A stretch of DNA of 64,000 nt from Octopus vulgaris (lineage: Eukaryota). The notes below the pieces were generated by a model that saw nothing but the letters and a program-made list of their open reading frames with translations, was not told where the DNA came from and made no database searches. How positions within the stretch are numbered: position 1 is the first letter of the stretch; every line of letters begins with the position of its first letter. The position numbers and the translations under genes are program-made. Positions 37,239-51,497 of this stretch are shown here, in pieces. Where the stretch lies: the NCBI GenBank assembly GCA_951406725.2, contig OX597817.1, positions 128,650,001 through 128,714,000 of the forward strand, read 5' to 3'.

Positions 37239-38443
37239 AGGCGCAATGGCCCTGTGATTAAGGCAGCAGACTCGCGGTCGTGGGATCGCGGTTTCAATCT
37301 AAGTGAAAAGGATTTAAGTGAAAAACATCAAAGTTAAGGGTCTTAAGAGATTTTGACTTTAAATGGGCGGAAAAGTAAGATGTTTTATCTGCACTCCAGA
37401 AAAAAATCGCCTCATTCTTATAAATCAATACAACTTTGGCTCCTAATTAATTACTAGTGATGGAATTTTCGGAAAATGTAGTTACTTCAAAAATCACCCA
37501 TTATAAAAATAGACGACAAAACAACTTGACTGAATATAACCATTAAAACAACCAAACTCCTGTACCTATATAGAAGCATTAATTACAACATGGATATCTA
37601 ACAGTTTATCAATCTCTCATTTACTCTGTGCGTGTTTGTCTCTCTCTTTCTCTTTTCCATCTTTTCCCTTCTCTCATCCGCTCTTTCTGTAATATACTCG
37701 AAACGTAAAATATTTTTCCTTCAACTTTTTCTGACCGTGAACCTAATACATGCTGCCTGTGCTTTTACCTCGTTTTCGTGTTATTTATAATTTTTGCACC
37801 ATATATACGCACACACAAATATACATATACATGCATTAATACACACACATACAACGCATTGATGCGCACAATGGAGATATTGTCAAATGTAAGCTCTGCG
37901 TGCGCATTTTTTTCTTTTGATTATTTTCTTTTATTTCCTACGTTTGTTCCCATGTCTTTCCTATTCATTTCCCGCCGCTACATTCAGAAGTTTAAATATT
38001 CGAAAAGCCACAACGATTAACTTCTTCGATTTCTATAACTGCCAAACAAATGATTTAGAGGATGAATTTATCCCATCTCAATTTTTTAAAAACATTTTCT
38101 ATTTTAGATGTTAGTATCTTTCTGAAGGTAAAAATGTTCCCGGAGAATTCATTGGTGTGATATAAAGACTTTCTGACCGATCTTATGTACGGTATAATCT
38201 CACAAAATTTTCGATGAATATTTAATAATGAATTAGGATGTTCAAGTTCTGTGATATCAACTCATAAAAAGGTAATCACATCAAGCAACTACTCATGGAC
38301 ATATTTATTGTACTGAATTTTTAATGGATGACTTTTGTGATACATGTGCATGAATGTGTGCGTGTATGTGTTTGAGTGTGTGCGTTCGTGCACGTCTAAA
38401 CATACATATATAAATACACACACATATATGTGCGTGTGAGTAA

Positions 38444-38537
<94 letters not shown>

Positions 38538-38792
38538 CATATATAAACACACACCACATATATATGTGTGCATGTGTGTTGATATACACATATATACGTA
38601 GTACTCATAATATGCAAGCAGATCATACACACGCCCATATATATTTACATATATGCATAAACACATATATATGTATATATAAAATATTTATATATGTATT
38701 TCTATTCATATATATATATATGTGTGTGTGTGTATATATAAATATATATATACATATATGTATATATATATGTATATATATACATATATATA

Positions 38793-38829
<37 letters not shown>

Positions 38830-39177
38830 ATGTATGTATATATATATATATATGTCTGTGGTTGTGAGGGGAAGTTACATTAATTATTACATCTTTTGTG
38901 AAGACATATTTAGTTATAATAAAAGTAATGTTAACAAATTCACTCGTGGGAATCGAACCACATACGATAAGTATAGATATTAATCTGATCTAACTAAGAG
39001 GCATTCATCCACCACATCATTCATTGTCGGCTTCATTGGTTACTCCTCAATTACTGAACCCAATAACGAGTCAGCTGGCTTCTATAAGCAACTACCGTGG
39101 CCAAATATCCCAACTTGATTCGATATCTTCGAATAAGATGTGTGAAGTTAATACTAATAGGTGTTTTGAATTACAGA

Positions 39178-39341
39178 TGTAGGAGTGGCCGTGTGGTAAG
39201 ACGCTTCCTTCCCAACGACATGGTTCCGGGTTCAGTCCCACTGCATGGCACCTTAGGCAAGTGTCTTTTACTGTAGCCTCGGGCCGACAAAATCTTCTGA
39301 GTAAGTTTGCAAGACGGAAACTGAAAGAACACCTTCATAAA

Positions 39342-39377
<36 letters not shown>

Positions 39378-39490
39378 TGAGTGGTTTTGTCTGTGTTTGC
39401 TCCCCGTTCCAAAGTTTGACAACCAATGTTGTTGTCTTTATGTCCCCGTAAATTAACAGTTCGGCAAAACATACCGATACAATAAGCACG
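39178..39490 (+). mobile_element. SINE family A, 3'-truncated
   Basis: aggagtggccgtgtggtaag...ggttccgggttcagtcccactg...gacggaaactgaaagaa(TG)n. Confidence 0.85.
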
Positions 39491-39523
39491 ACGTTGTAAA
39501 AAATCAAAGAAAAAGCAAATGGT

Positions 39524-39564
<41 letters not shown>

Positions 39565-39565
<1 letters not shown>

Positions 39566-39860
39566 GTTTTTTCCTTCTCGAGTCACGCCTGGCTCATAAG
39601 GGCCGATTCCTCGGCTTCCTTGACGTATAGGTTCCCCACCTGGACGGCACGCCAGTCCATCGCAGGTGAACTGCAAGATGCAGGAGGAAAGAGTGAGAGA
39701 AATTTGTGGCGAAAGAGTCAGCAGAAGTGCGCCATTACCATCTGCCGTAGCCGCGTGCAGCTTAGATGTTTCGCTCATAAACACACACATCGCCCGGTCT
39801 AAGATTCGTACCTGCGATCCCTCGACCGCTGCTCTAACCACTAGGCTATGTGCCTCCACA
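39565..39860 (-). mobile_element. SINE family C variant with alternative tail
   Basis: Head gtggaggcacatagcctagtggttagagcagcgg...; body ctgactctttcgccacaa.tttctctcactctttc as in 46210-46245; different 3' end. Confidence 0.75.
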
Positions 39861-39861
39861 G

Positions 39862-39897
<36 letters not shown>

Positions 39898-40194
39898 TCA
39901 AACACATACACGCGCACATTCATGCACATGTATCACAAAAGTCATCCATTAAAAATTCAGCCTTAATGATGATAATTATGATTTCAAATCTTAGCACAAA
40001 GCCAGCAAGTTCGGTGCTAACGATTTTGCTAGTTCACCACCTTATATGCGTACTTAGTTATTACTGCAGATACTCTCTCACTTTTGTGGACATTAGAACT
40101 TGATCAAGAAATAAAAAGATACGTTATCGTCTTGTTATGAGTGATATTTTATGAGTGATCATTTCTTGGTGGTTAATGCTTTCAAAAGAAATAC

Positions 40195-40470
40195 TGCTTA
40201 ATATGGCCGCAATCAAATGACTGAAACAAGTAAAAGAGTAAAAGAGTAAAAGATTATGTGTATATGTTTGTGTCTGTGTTTGTCCCCCTAGCATTTCTTG
40301 ACAACCGATGCTGGTGTGTTTACGTCCCCGTCACTTACCGGTTTGGCAAAAGAACCGATAGAATAAGTACTGGGTTTACAAAGAATAAGTCCCGGGGTCG
40401 ATTTGCTCGACTAAAGGCGGTGCTCCAGCATGGCTTCAGTCTAATGACTGAAACAAGTAAAAAAGTAAAA
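40195..40470 (+). mobile_element. SINE family A tail fragments
   Basis: gacaaccgatgctggtgtgtttacgtccccg...ggcggtgctccagcatgg...tgactgaaacaagtaaaa. Confidence 0.8.
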
Positions 40471-40494
40471 AAAAAGGAAGTAGATAAGCACAAT

Positions 40495-40660
40495 CGTCAG
40501 TTCCTCCGTCCATATATTCTAAGTTCAAATTCAGCCGCAGAAGACTTTGCTGTTCGTTCTTTAGGGTCGATAAAATAAATATCTGTTGAGCACTGGTGTT
40601 AATGTAAACTATCAGCCCCTTCCTCCGAACTTGCTGGCCTTGTGCCAAGATTTGAAATTA
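40495..40660 (+). mobile_element. SINE family B (decayed)
   Basis: ttctaagttcaaatt...gggtcgataaaataa...ttgctggccttgtgccaa.atttgaaa. Confidence 0.7.
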
Positions 40661-41058
40661 ATACTTTAATGTGTGTTTAACCGCTATCTCATTGTCACAT
40701 GTTTCACATAAATACAGAGTGGCTTCGTATAACGGTTACACTATTGAACTTAAGTTACCACAAGTGCTCTTATTGCTTTGTTTAGGCGATCTAAGACGTT
40801 CACTTGCAATGTTCGTCAACTCGATAACACACAAATTGTATTTATACCAATTGTGGTTGCCGACAAGCGACAGCGGTAAATACTTATTACGTCATCCCAT
40901 GCATTGAGTAGCACAAATCAATACACACACACACAAACACACACAAACACACATATGCATCTGTATGTATATATATATGTGTGCGTATGTATTTACTCAT
41001 TGAAAAAATTAGTACTGCTTATATAAGTACACACACGGACACACCATATATATACATA

Positions 41059-41107
<49 letters not shown>

Positions 41108-41133
41108 ACTATCCATCTATCTATCCATCTCTT

Positions 41134-41170
<37 letters not shown>

Positions 41171-41173
41171 GCT

Positions 41174-41245
<72 letters not shown>

Positions 41246-41279
41246 GATATACATACATATAGAACTACATATAGAACTA

Positions 41280-41388
41280 CATTCTATATTTAAAATTCAC
41301 TACAATTGTTTCCGCACATTTTTACGCACTTAGTACTACGGGTACTAAATCATGTTGAAATAATTGTACTGATTTTAAATAGAGAATG
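41280..41388. repeat. Imperfect ~109-bp hairpin with HHR-like GAAA-N-AATT-G-TA in both arms
   Basis: cattctatatttaaaattcactacaattgtttc vs gaaataattgtactgattttaaatagagaatg; central ttagtac/gtactaa. Confidence 0.75.
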
Positions 41389-42079
41389 TCATTCAGTTTA
41401 TTTTCTGTTATACGTCTATTTAAATATAGTCTGCTGATAGTGTGGAATTCCTGATGTATATCCAGTAGCGAGATCATTTCCATTGTATAATGACTTCAGA
41501 TAGCCAACAACTGTGGACTAGCTTCGCATAACCTACTACAGGGTTTTTATTCGAGACACACGCACCTCCACCCCCACACCCCAAACAAACAAAGCAAACA
41601 AAATTATACATAATATATGTGTGTGTGTGTTATACTTAAGAATCAGAGCTGTTTCCTCAGCAAGCACTTCTGCGAATACCGGCTATCAGTTTTATGTACA
41701 TTGATGTTTTATCATTGGCTAGAAACCGGGTTGAAATTACTGATCAGGTATATTTGTTGCAGAGTATTGATATATTAAAACACCCAAATGATGCTATAGT
41801 ATCGTTTTTAATTAAAAATAAAGTCATAAAGTCCAGTCTTTCTTTCAATACGAACATACATACTTCCGTACATACATACATACATACACACATACATACA
41901 TACATACATACATACATACATACATGCACACACTCATATAAATGTAGTCAACGCTTTTCTGCTACTAAAGATACACTGTGTTCAATAAACCAATAAGAAA
42001 AGATACGGTCTGAGCTAAAGTAGTAGTCTGAGCAAGGTTGTCAGGGGAATTTGGCGGCGCCACCTCTAGCCGAACAATT

Positions 42080-42128
42080 ATTCTGTTCTGATGAAGGGAA
42101 ATAACCCGGAAATCGCGATACGTAGATA
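42080..42128 (+). ncRNA. Hammerhead-like motif (weak stem I)
   Basis: CTGATGA (42088-94) A GGG-AAATAA-CCC G GAAA T-CGCG-A TA; palindromic stem III and AUA triplet. Confidence 0.5.
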
Positions 42129-42598
42129 TTGTTTTGAGCTGGGTGGGGGTGGTGCTAGAATCCCTTGTTCAAAAATATAAGGACACAGATTGTGTCGTAT
42201 AGCCAGCTGGATAGATGTCTCCTGGGCCTAAATTACAGCAACATTCGTTCTAAACCAGGACTACCATGTTATGTTGGCAAACAATCTTTACTCCAAAGTA
42301 CTGTTGCTGAATTTCTCCCGTGGTGAGATTTAAAAATAGTAGTACGTTTTTATATTAATATCTATACTACTTACTGTATTTTGCGTGTATATTCATATCA
42401 CACCATTTCAGCTCTACTTTCGATTGTTCAGCATTCTTTAACTCTTGCATGAAATATATTGATATACATTTTATATATGTACGTATGTATGTATGTATGC
42501 ATGCATGTATGTATGTACGTACGTACGTATTTATGCATGTATGACTGTATGTATGTATATAATGTATGCACTATGTATGTATGTGTGCGTATATATAT

Positions 42599-42657
<59 letters not shown>

Positions 42658-42662
42658 TATAT

Positions 42663-42694
<32 letters not shown>

Positions 42695-42950
42695 GATTAT
42701 ATAAATGCACATATATTTATTAAACCGACCAAAAGTTGACAATCCACTCTTAATGTTTCGAGTTTGGGATGTGTGTGTGCGTGTGTGTACATAGATAAAT
42801 ATATAAATACGTATATATGCATGTATATTATATGTTATATACCTATATACACAACTGAGTTTTTGTATATTATAATATACATATGTATAAATGCATCTAT
42901 ATATACGTGTGCGTGTGTGTATATATATATACATTGACACACCTCCACGT

Positions 42951-43017
<67 letters not shown>

Positions 43018-43679
43018 GGTGTAGGTGTGTATCGGTGTATTTCTTTTCTATTTTCGCAATAGCACTCAGGCGTGTCTTTGAACACACGTAGAAGTGTGTC
43101 CTCCTGGACAAAAAAGAAAGAAAAGAAAAAATGTTTTGTTTCGCTTTTATGTATTTGTGTTTGTCTGTGTGCGTGCGCGTGTATGTACCCGCGCGCACTT
43201 CGGTGCGATGTGACACACTAAAAGAAGAAAAAAAAAGCGAAAAATGAGAACATCTCATAATTAGAAAGAAAAGAAAAAGCAAAAGCAAAAAAAAAACAAA
43301 AATAGGCATTTAGTACTGATGTGTCTGATTGACTGAAAATAGCAAAGTCATTTCATTGCTTTTGAGAAATAAAAAAAATATGAATATACTTAACGCAACC
43401 CCCACCACCATCATCACCGATATCACCATCATGGACAACAACATATGTAAGAAAAAGAACGACAGTCAAACCATAAAAAAACAAGGACAATAGTAAAGCA
43501 ACATCGACCATTAAAGAAAGAACACGAATAAAAAACAACAAAAGCGGTGAAACCCTCACGGGCAACAGAGGAGTAAACCACAGGTTTCGTCTTGCTAGAA
43601 ACCGCAACCAAAAATCTCCTCATTACTTCTTACCGCTCGTTGTTCAAATAAAATAAATGATAAACGTATTGGATAATCT

Positions 43680-44085
43680 TTAGTACGCCGGGGAAAATAC
43701 TCAGCGGTATTTCGTCCGTCTTTAAGATCTGAGTTCAAATTCCGCCGAGGTTGACTCAGTCTTTCATCCCTTTCAGTACAATTGAACGCTGGGGTCGGTG
43801 TAATCGGCTTAGCCCCGCCCCACGAAATTTTTGGTCTAATGTCAAAATTGGAAGTCAATTTATTATTCTTATTTAAGGTAATGAGCTAGTAGAATCGTTA
43901 GCACATCGGACAAAATGCTTGGCAGAATTTCTTCAGTCTGAGCTCAAATTCCTCTGAGGTTGACTTTGCCTTTCACCCTTTCAGAGTCGATAAAATATGT
44001 ACCAGGTGAGCACGGAAATCGATGTAATCTATTTACGCTCACCTCCTTCGAAATCGCTATCCTTGTGCCAAAATTTGAAACCTAT
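43680..44085 (+). mobile_element. Two adjacent SINE family B copies
   Basis: tctgagttcaaattccgccgaggttgact..tctttcatcc and gagctagtagaatcgttagc...gactttgcctttcacccttt. Confidence 0.8.
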
Positions 44086-44114
44086 ATAGTGTGCATATTA
44101 TCATTTTAATATCT

Positions 44115-44550
44115 TTCCACTTGTTTCAATAATAGGACTTCAGCCATGCAGGGGTACCGCCAACTTCAAGGATTTAGTCGCGCAAATCGACAACAATACT
44201 TTGTTTTAAAACCTGGTAGTTATTTTATCAGTCTTTTTTGCAACCGTTAGTGCATGGGGGTCATAAACAAACCAACACAGGTTCTCAACCGGTGGTGGGG
44301 GTCAATCACAAACACATACGCAAGCGTGCACACGCGCGCACACACAGACTCACAGATACACACATATGACTGACATCTTTCAGTTTCCAGGTATCAAATC
44401 CACTCACAAGCCTTCGGTTGGCATTGTGCTATCTTAGAATATACTTGCGTAAGGTTCCACACAGTGGAACTGAACCTATGACAAAGCGGTTTTGGAGGAA
44501 GCTTCTCAACCATTCAGTCCCGCCTAAGCACAAAGCCACGCCTGCGCCTA
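44115..44550 (-). mobile_element. SINE family A (decayed)
   Basis: cttgtttca...aaacaaaccaacac...aaatccactcacaag...cagtggaactgaacc...gccacgcctgcgccta. Confidence 0.75.
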
Positions 44551-44699
44551 TAACCATGCATTCGTCGATAGCCACTCCTTCGCCGAAATATAATATATTT
44601 CATATATTACACATTTATTGTAACATGTATAATATATTGTACATATATTGCATTAAACATATACTGTATATTCAATTTGGCCAGTGGGGCTGGCTTCAC

Positions 44700-45060
44700 A
44701 TTTCTCACCAAATGAAGAAAGTCATATACAGAACTTTGTTAATGAGGATCTTGTCAGAAGATGTCACGCAAGCTCACTAGCTATTGACGTCGGCTGCTGT
44801 GGTTTTCCAGCACGATCGGTGCGCTATTGCTTACAAAAGATTGGCTTGCATCCAGAAAACTGGATGAATCACGAAGGAAATAGCTATGGCCAATTGAAAG
44901 AAGTCTAAAGTGATGGTGGTTAACAAGAGACTTTAGAAGGAACCTTTCCGCAGGTTAAGACTAATTCAGTTCTCGTTGTTCCACTCAGGCGAAGAAGTAT
45001 ACAAGGTAAGGGACGAAACGCTTGTGAAGCTGAGATCTCAGCTGGACACACGGAAGTGTT
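44700..45060 (+). mobile_element. 3' end of a HERO/NeSL-like RLE non-LTR element
   Basis: EDLVRRCHASSLAIDVGCCGFPARSVRYCLQKIGL fits the RLE motif .dLv..C.....iEVGcRGF...S....l..lG. Confidence 0.65.
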
Positions 45061-45558
45061 ATCAAAATTGCGATAGCTTTAATCCCTACCAGGAGAAGAG
45101 CTTGTAATGCCTTTAAGTGGTTAATGTCATTTCTACGTAGGGTACAGCATCTCTGATATTCACCTCACACACAAACTTCACGCACAAACTCTCAACAACA
45201 CTCACTTATATCTAAAATAGTCTCACTCACCGAGAAATTTCTTACTCCCAGTTCCTACGACGAAGACTTTGAGACCCAGCCACAGTGCATGATCCTTTTA
45301 TTCATTCACTATGGATAGCCATCATCCAAGTCCACCTCCCAAATTTGATCACGCCAAATCATATATCCTTTTCTTGTTGCCGGCTTCTTTGTAATAACTG
45401 CCTGTTCCTCATCAACACCGTCTCCCTGACAAGCATTTAAATTGATCAAATGGTTGTATTGTTCAATTAAATGGACTTGCGTGAAACGATCGTACTGCAT
45501 TTCCTCTGGATATCCTTGTTGCTTATTTTGATTCACATATATATATTTATATATACTT

Positions 45559-45950
45559 AGACGCAGGAGTGACTGTGTGATAAGTAGCTTGCTTACCAAC
45601 CTCATGGTTCTGGGTTCAGTCTCACTGCGTCGCACCTTGGGCGAGTGTCTTCTACTATAGCCTCGGGCTGACCAAAGCCTTGTGAGTGGATTTGCTAGAC
45701 GGAAACTGAACGAAGCCCGTCGCATGTATGTATACATACATATGTATGTGTGTGTATTTGTCCCCCCCCAACATCGCTTGATAACCGATGCTGGTGTGTT
45801 TACGTCCCAGTAAATTAGCGGTTCGGCAAAAGCGACCGATAGAATAAGTACTGGGCTTACAAAGAATAAGTCCTGGGATCGATTTGCCCGACTAAAAAGG
45901 CGGTGCTCCAGCATGGCCACAGTGAAATGACTGAAACAAGTAAAAGAATA
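45559..45950 (+). mobile_element. SINE family A, full length
   Basis: gcaggagtgactgtgtgataagtagcttgc head, ccttgggcgagtgtcttc core, internal TG/TA tract, gaaacaagtaaaaga tail. Confidence 0.9.
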
Positions 45951-46058
45951 AAATAATATCTATCTATATATGTATGTATGTATGCATTATGTATGTATGT
46001 ATGTATGTATGTATATATGTATGTATGTATATATGTATGCATGTATGTACGTACGTAT

Positions 46059-46418
46059 GGAAGAGCAATGGCCCAGTGGTTAGGGCAGCGGACTCGCGTT
46101 CGTAGGATAGCGGTTTCGATTCCCAGACCTGGCGTTGTGAATGTTTATTGAGCGGAAACTCCTAAAGTTCCACGTGGCTCCGGCAGGGGATGGTGGCGAA
46201 CCCTGCTTGACTCTTTCACCACAACTTTCTCTCACCCTTTCTTCCTGTTTCTGTTGTATCTGTATTTCAAAGGGCCAGCCTTGTCACTCTCTGTGTCACG
46301 CTGAATCTCCCCGAGAACTACGTTAAGGGTAGACGTGTCTGTGGAGTGCTCAGCGACTTGCACGTTAATATCACGAGCAGCTGGAACCCTAGTCGTCGTA
46401 ACCGACCGAGTGCCAACC
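46059..46418 (+). mobile_element. SINE family C, near full length (tRNA-derived head)
   Basis: TGGCCCAGTGG A-box and GGTTTCGATTCC B-box-like; body shared with 12150-12455; flanked by TATG repeats. Confidence 0.9.
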
Positions 46419-49400
46419 ATGTATGTATGTATGTATGTATGTATGTATGTATGTATGTATGTATGTATGTATGTATGTATGTATGTATGTATGTATGTAT
46501 GTATGTATGTATGTATGTATGTATGTATGTATGTATGTATGTATGTATGTATGTATGTATGTATGTATGTATGTATGTATGTATGTATGTATGTATGTAT
46601 GTATGTATGTATGTATGTATGTATGTATGTATGTATGTATGTATGTATGTATGTATGTATGTATGTATGTATGTATGTATGTATGTATGTATGTATGTAT
46701 GTATGTATGTATGTATGTATGTATGTATGTATGTATGTATGTATGTATGTATGTATGTATGTATGTATGTATGTATGTATGTATGTATGTATGTATGTAT
46801 GTATGTATGTATGTATGTATGTATGTATGTATGTATGTATGTATGTATGTATGTATGTATGTATGTATGTATGTATGTATGTATGTATGTATGTATGTAT
46901 GTATGTATGTATGTATGTATGTATGTATGTATGTATGTATGTATGTATGTATGTATGTATGTATGTATGTATGTATGTATGTATGTATGTATGTATGTAT
47001 GTATGTATGTATGTATGTATGTATGTATGTATGTATGTATGTATGTATGTATGTATGTATGTATGTATGTATGTATGTATGTATGTATGTATGTATGTAT
47101 GTATGTATGTATGTATGTATGTATGTATGTATGTATGTATGTATGTATGTATGTATGTATGTATGTATGTATGTATGTATGTATGTATGTATGTATGTAT
47201 GTATGTATGTATGTATGTATGTATGTATGTATGTATGTATGTATGTATGTATGTATGTATGTATGTATGTATGTATGTATGTATGTATGTATGTATGTAT
47301 GTATGTATGTATGTATGTATGTATGTATGTATGTATGTATGTATGTATGTATGTATGTATGTATGTATGTATGTATGTATGTATGTATGTATGTATGTAT
47401 GTATGTATGTATGTATGTATGTATGTATGTATGTATGTATGTATGTATGTATGTATGTATGTATGTATGTATGTATGTATGTATGTATGTATGTATGTAT
47501 GTATGTATGTATGTATGTATGTATGTATGTATGTATGTATGTATGTATGTATGTATGTATGTATGTATGTATGTATGTATGTATGTATGTATGTATGTAT
47601 GTATGTATGTATGTATGTATGTATGTATGTATGTATGTATGTATGTATGTATGTATGTATGTATGTATGTATGTATGTATGTATGTATGTATGTATGTAT
47701 GTATGTATGTATGTATGTATGTATGTATGTATGTATGTATGTATGTATGTATGTATGTATGTATGTATGTATGTATGTATGTATGTATGTATGTATGTAT
47801 GTATGTATGTATGTATGTATGTATGTATGTATGTATGTATGTATGTATGTATGTATGTATGTATGTATGTATGTATGTATGTATGTATGTATGTATGTAT
47901 GTATGTATGTATGTATGTATGTATGTATGTATGTATGTATGTATGTATGTATGTATGTATGTATGTATGTATGTATGTATGTATGTATGTATGTATGTAT
48001 GTATGTATGTATGTATGTATGTATGTATGTATGTATGTATGTATGTATGTATGTATGTATGTATGTATGTATGTATGTATGTATGTATGTATGTATGTAT
48101 GTATGTATGTATGTATGTATGTATGTATGTATGTATGTATGTATGTATGTATGTATGTATGTATGTATGTATGTATGTATGTATGTATGTATGTATGTAT
48201 GTATGTATGTATGTATGTATGTATGTATGTATGTATGTATGTATGTATGTATGTATGTATGTATGTATGTATGTATGTATGTATGTATGTATGTATGTAT
48301 GTATGTATGTATGTATGTATGTATGTATGTATGTATGTATGTATGTATGTATGTATGTATGTATGTATGTATGTATGTATGTATGTATGTATGTATGTAT
48401 GTATGTATGTATGTATGTATGTATGTATGTATGTATGTATGTATGTATGTATGTATGTATGTATGTATGTATGTATGTATGTATGTATGTATGTATGTAT
48501 GTATGTATGTATGTATGTATGTATGTATGTATGTATGTATGTATGTATGTATGTATGTATGTATGTATGTATGTATGTATGTATGTATGTATGTATGTAT
48601 GTATGTATGTATGTATGTATGTATGTATGTATGTATGTATGTATGTATGTATGTATGTATGTATGTATGTATGTATGTATGTATGTATGTATGTATGTAT
48701 GTATGTATGTATGTATGTATGTATGTATGTATGTATGTATGTATGTATGTATGTATGTATGTATGTATGTATGTATGTATGTATGTATGTATGTATGTAT
48801 GTATGTATGTATGTATGTATGTATGTATGTATGTATGTATGTATGTATGTATGTATGTATGTATGTATGTATGTATGTATGTATGTATGTATGTATGTAT
48901 GTATGTATGTATGTATGTATGTATGTATGTATGTATGTATGTATGTATGTATGTATGTATGTATGTATGTATGTATGTATGTATGTATGTATGTATGTAT
49001 GTATGTATGTATGTATGTATGTATGTATGTATGTATGTATGTATGTATGTATGTATGTATGTATGTATGTATGTATGTATGTATGTATGTATGTATGTAT
49101 GTATGTATGTATGTATGTATGTATGTATGTATGTATGTATGTATGTATGTATGTATGTATGTATGTATGTATGTATGTATGTATGTATGTATGTATGTAT
49201 GTATGTATGTATGTATGTATGTATGTATGTATGTATGTATGTATGTATGTATGTATGTATGTATGTATGTATGTATGTATGTATGTATGTATGTATGTAT
49301 GTATGTATGTATGTATGTATGTATGTATGTATGTATGTATGTATGTATGTATGTATGTATGTATGTATGTATGTATGTATGTATGTATGTATGTATGTAT

Positions 49401-51497
49401 GTATGTATGTATGTATGTATGTATGTATGTATGTATGTATGTATGTATGTATGTATGTATGTATGTATGTATGTATGTATGTATGTATGTATGTATGTAT
49501 GTATGTATGTATGTATGTATGTATGTATGTATGTATGTATGTATGTATGTATGTATGTATGTATGTATGTATGTATGTATGTATGTATGTATGTATGTAT
49601 GTATGTATGTATGTATGTATGTATGTATGTATGTATGTATGTATGTATGTATGTATGTATGTATGTATGTATGTATGTATGTATGTATGTATGTATGTAT
49701 GTATGTATGTATGTATGTATGTATGTATGTATGTATGTATGTATGTATGTATGTATGTATGTATGTATGTATGTATGTATGTATGTATGTATGTATGTAT
49801 GTATGTATGTATGTATGTATGTATGTATGTATGTATGTATGTATGTATGTATGTATGTATGTATGTATGTATGTATGTATGTATGTATGTATGTATGTAT
49901 GTATGTATGTATGTATGTATGTATGTATGTATGTATGTATGTATGTATGTATGTATGTATGTATGTATGTATGTATGTATGTATGTATGTATGTATGTAT
50001 GTATGTATGTATGTATGTATGTATGTATGTATGTATGTATGTATGTATGTATGTATGTATGTATGTATGTATGTATGTATGTATGTATGTATGTATGTAT
50101 GTATGTATGTATGTATGTATGTATGTATGTATGTATGTATGTATGTATGTATGTATGTATGTATGTATGTATGTATGTATGTATGTATGTATGTATGTAT
50201 GTATGTATGTATGTATGTATGTATGTATGTATGTATGTATGTATGTATGTATGTATGTATGTATGTATGTATGTATGTATGTATGTATGTATGTATGTAT
50301 GTATGTATGTATGTATGTATGTATGTATGTATGTATGTATGTATGTATGTATGTATGTATGTATGTATGTATGTATGTATGTATGTATGTATGTATGTAT
50401 GTATGTATGTATGTATGTATGTATGTATGTATGTATGTATGTATGTATGTATGTATGTATGTATGTATGTATGTATGTATGTATGTATGTATGTATGTAT
50501 GTATGTATGTATGTATGTATGTATGTATGTATGTATGTATGTATGTATGTATGTATGTATGTATGTATGTATGTATGTATGTATGTATGTATGTATGTAT
50601 GTATGTATGTATGTATGTATGTATGTATGTATGTATGTATGTATGTATGTATGTATGTATGTATGTATGTATGTATGTATGTATGTATGTATGTATGTAT
50701 GTATGTATGTATGTATGTATGTATGTATGTATGTATGTATGTATGTATGTATGTATGTATGTATGTATGTATGTATGTATGTATGTATGTATGTATGTAT
50801 GTATGTATGTATGTATGTATGTATGTATGTATGTATGTATGTATGTATGTATGTATGTATGTATGTATGTATGTATGTATGTATGTATGTATGTATGTAT
50901 GTATGTATGTATGTATGTATGTATGTATGTATGTATGTATGTATGTATGTATGTATGTATGTATGTATGTATGTATGTATGTATGTATGTATGTATGTAT
51001 GTATGTATGTATGTATGTATGTATGTATGTATGTATGTATGTATGTATGTATGTATGTATGTATGTATGTATGTATGTATGTATGTATGTATGTATGTAT
51101 GTATGTATGTATGTATGTATGTATGTATGTATGTATGTATGTATGTATGTATGTATGTATGTATGTATGTATGTATGTATGTATGTATGTATGTATGTAT
51201 GTATGTATGTATGTATGTATGTATGTATGTATGTATGTATGTATGTATGTATGTATGTATGTATGTATGTATGTATGTATGTATGTATGTATGTATGTAT
51301 GTATGTATGTATGTATGTATGTATGTATGTATGTATGTATGTATGTATGTATGTATGTATGTATGTATGTATGTATGTATGTATGTATGTATGTATGTAT
51401 GTATGTATGTATGTATGTATGTATGTATGTATGTATGTATGTATGTATGTATGTATGTATGTATGTATGTATGTATGTATGTATGTATGTATGTATG

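Noticed and set aside
46059-46135. tRNA gene call for A/B-box heads (also ~37238, ~33385, ~12380)
   Set aside because: No complete cloverleaf or acceptor stem; most continue into SINE bodies present in several copies
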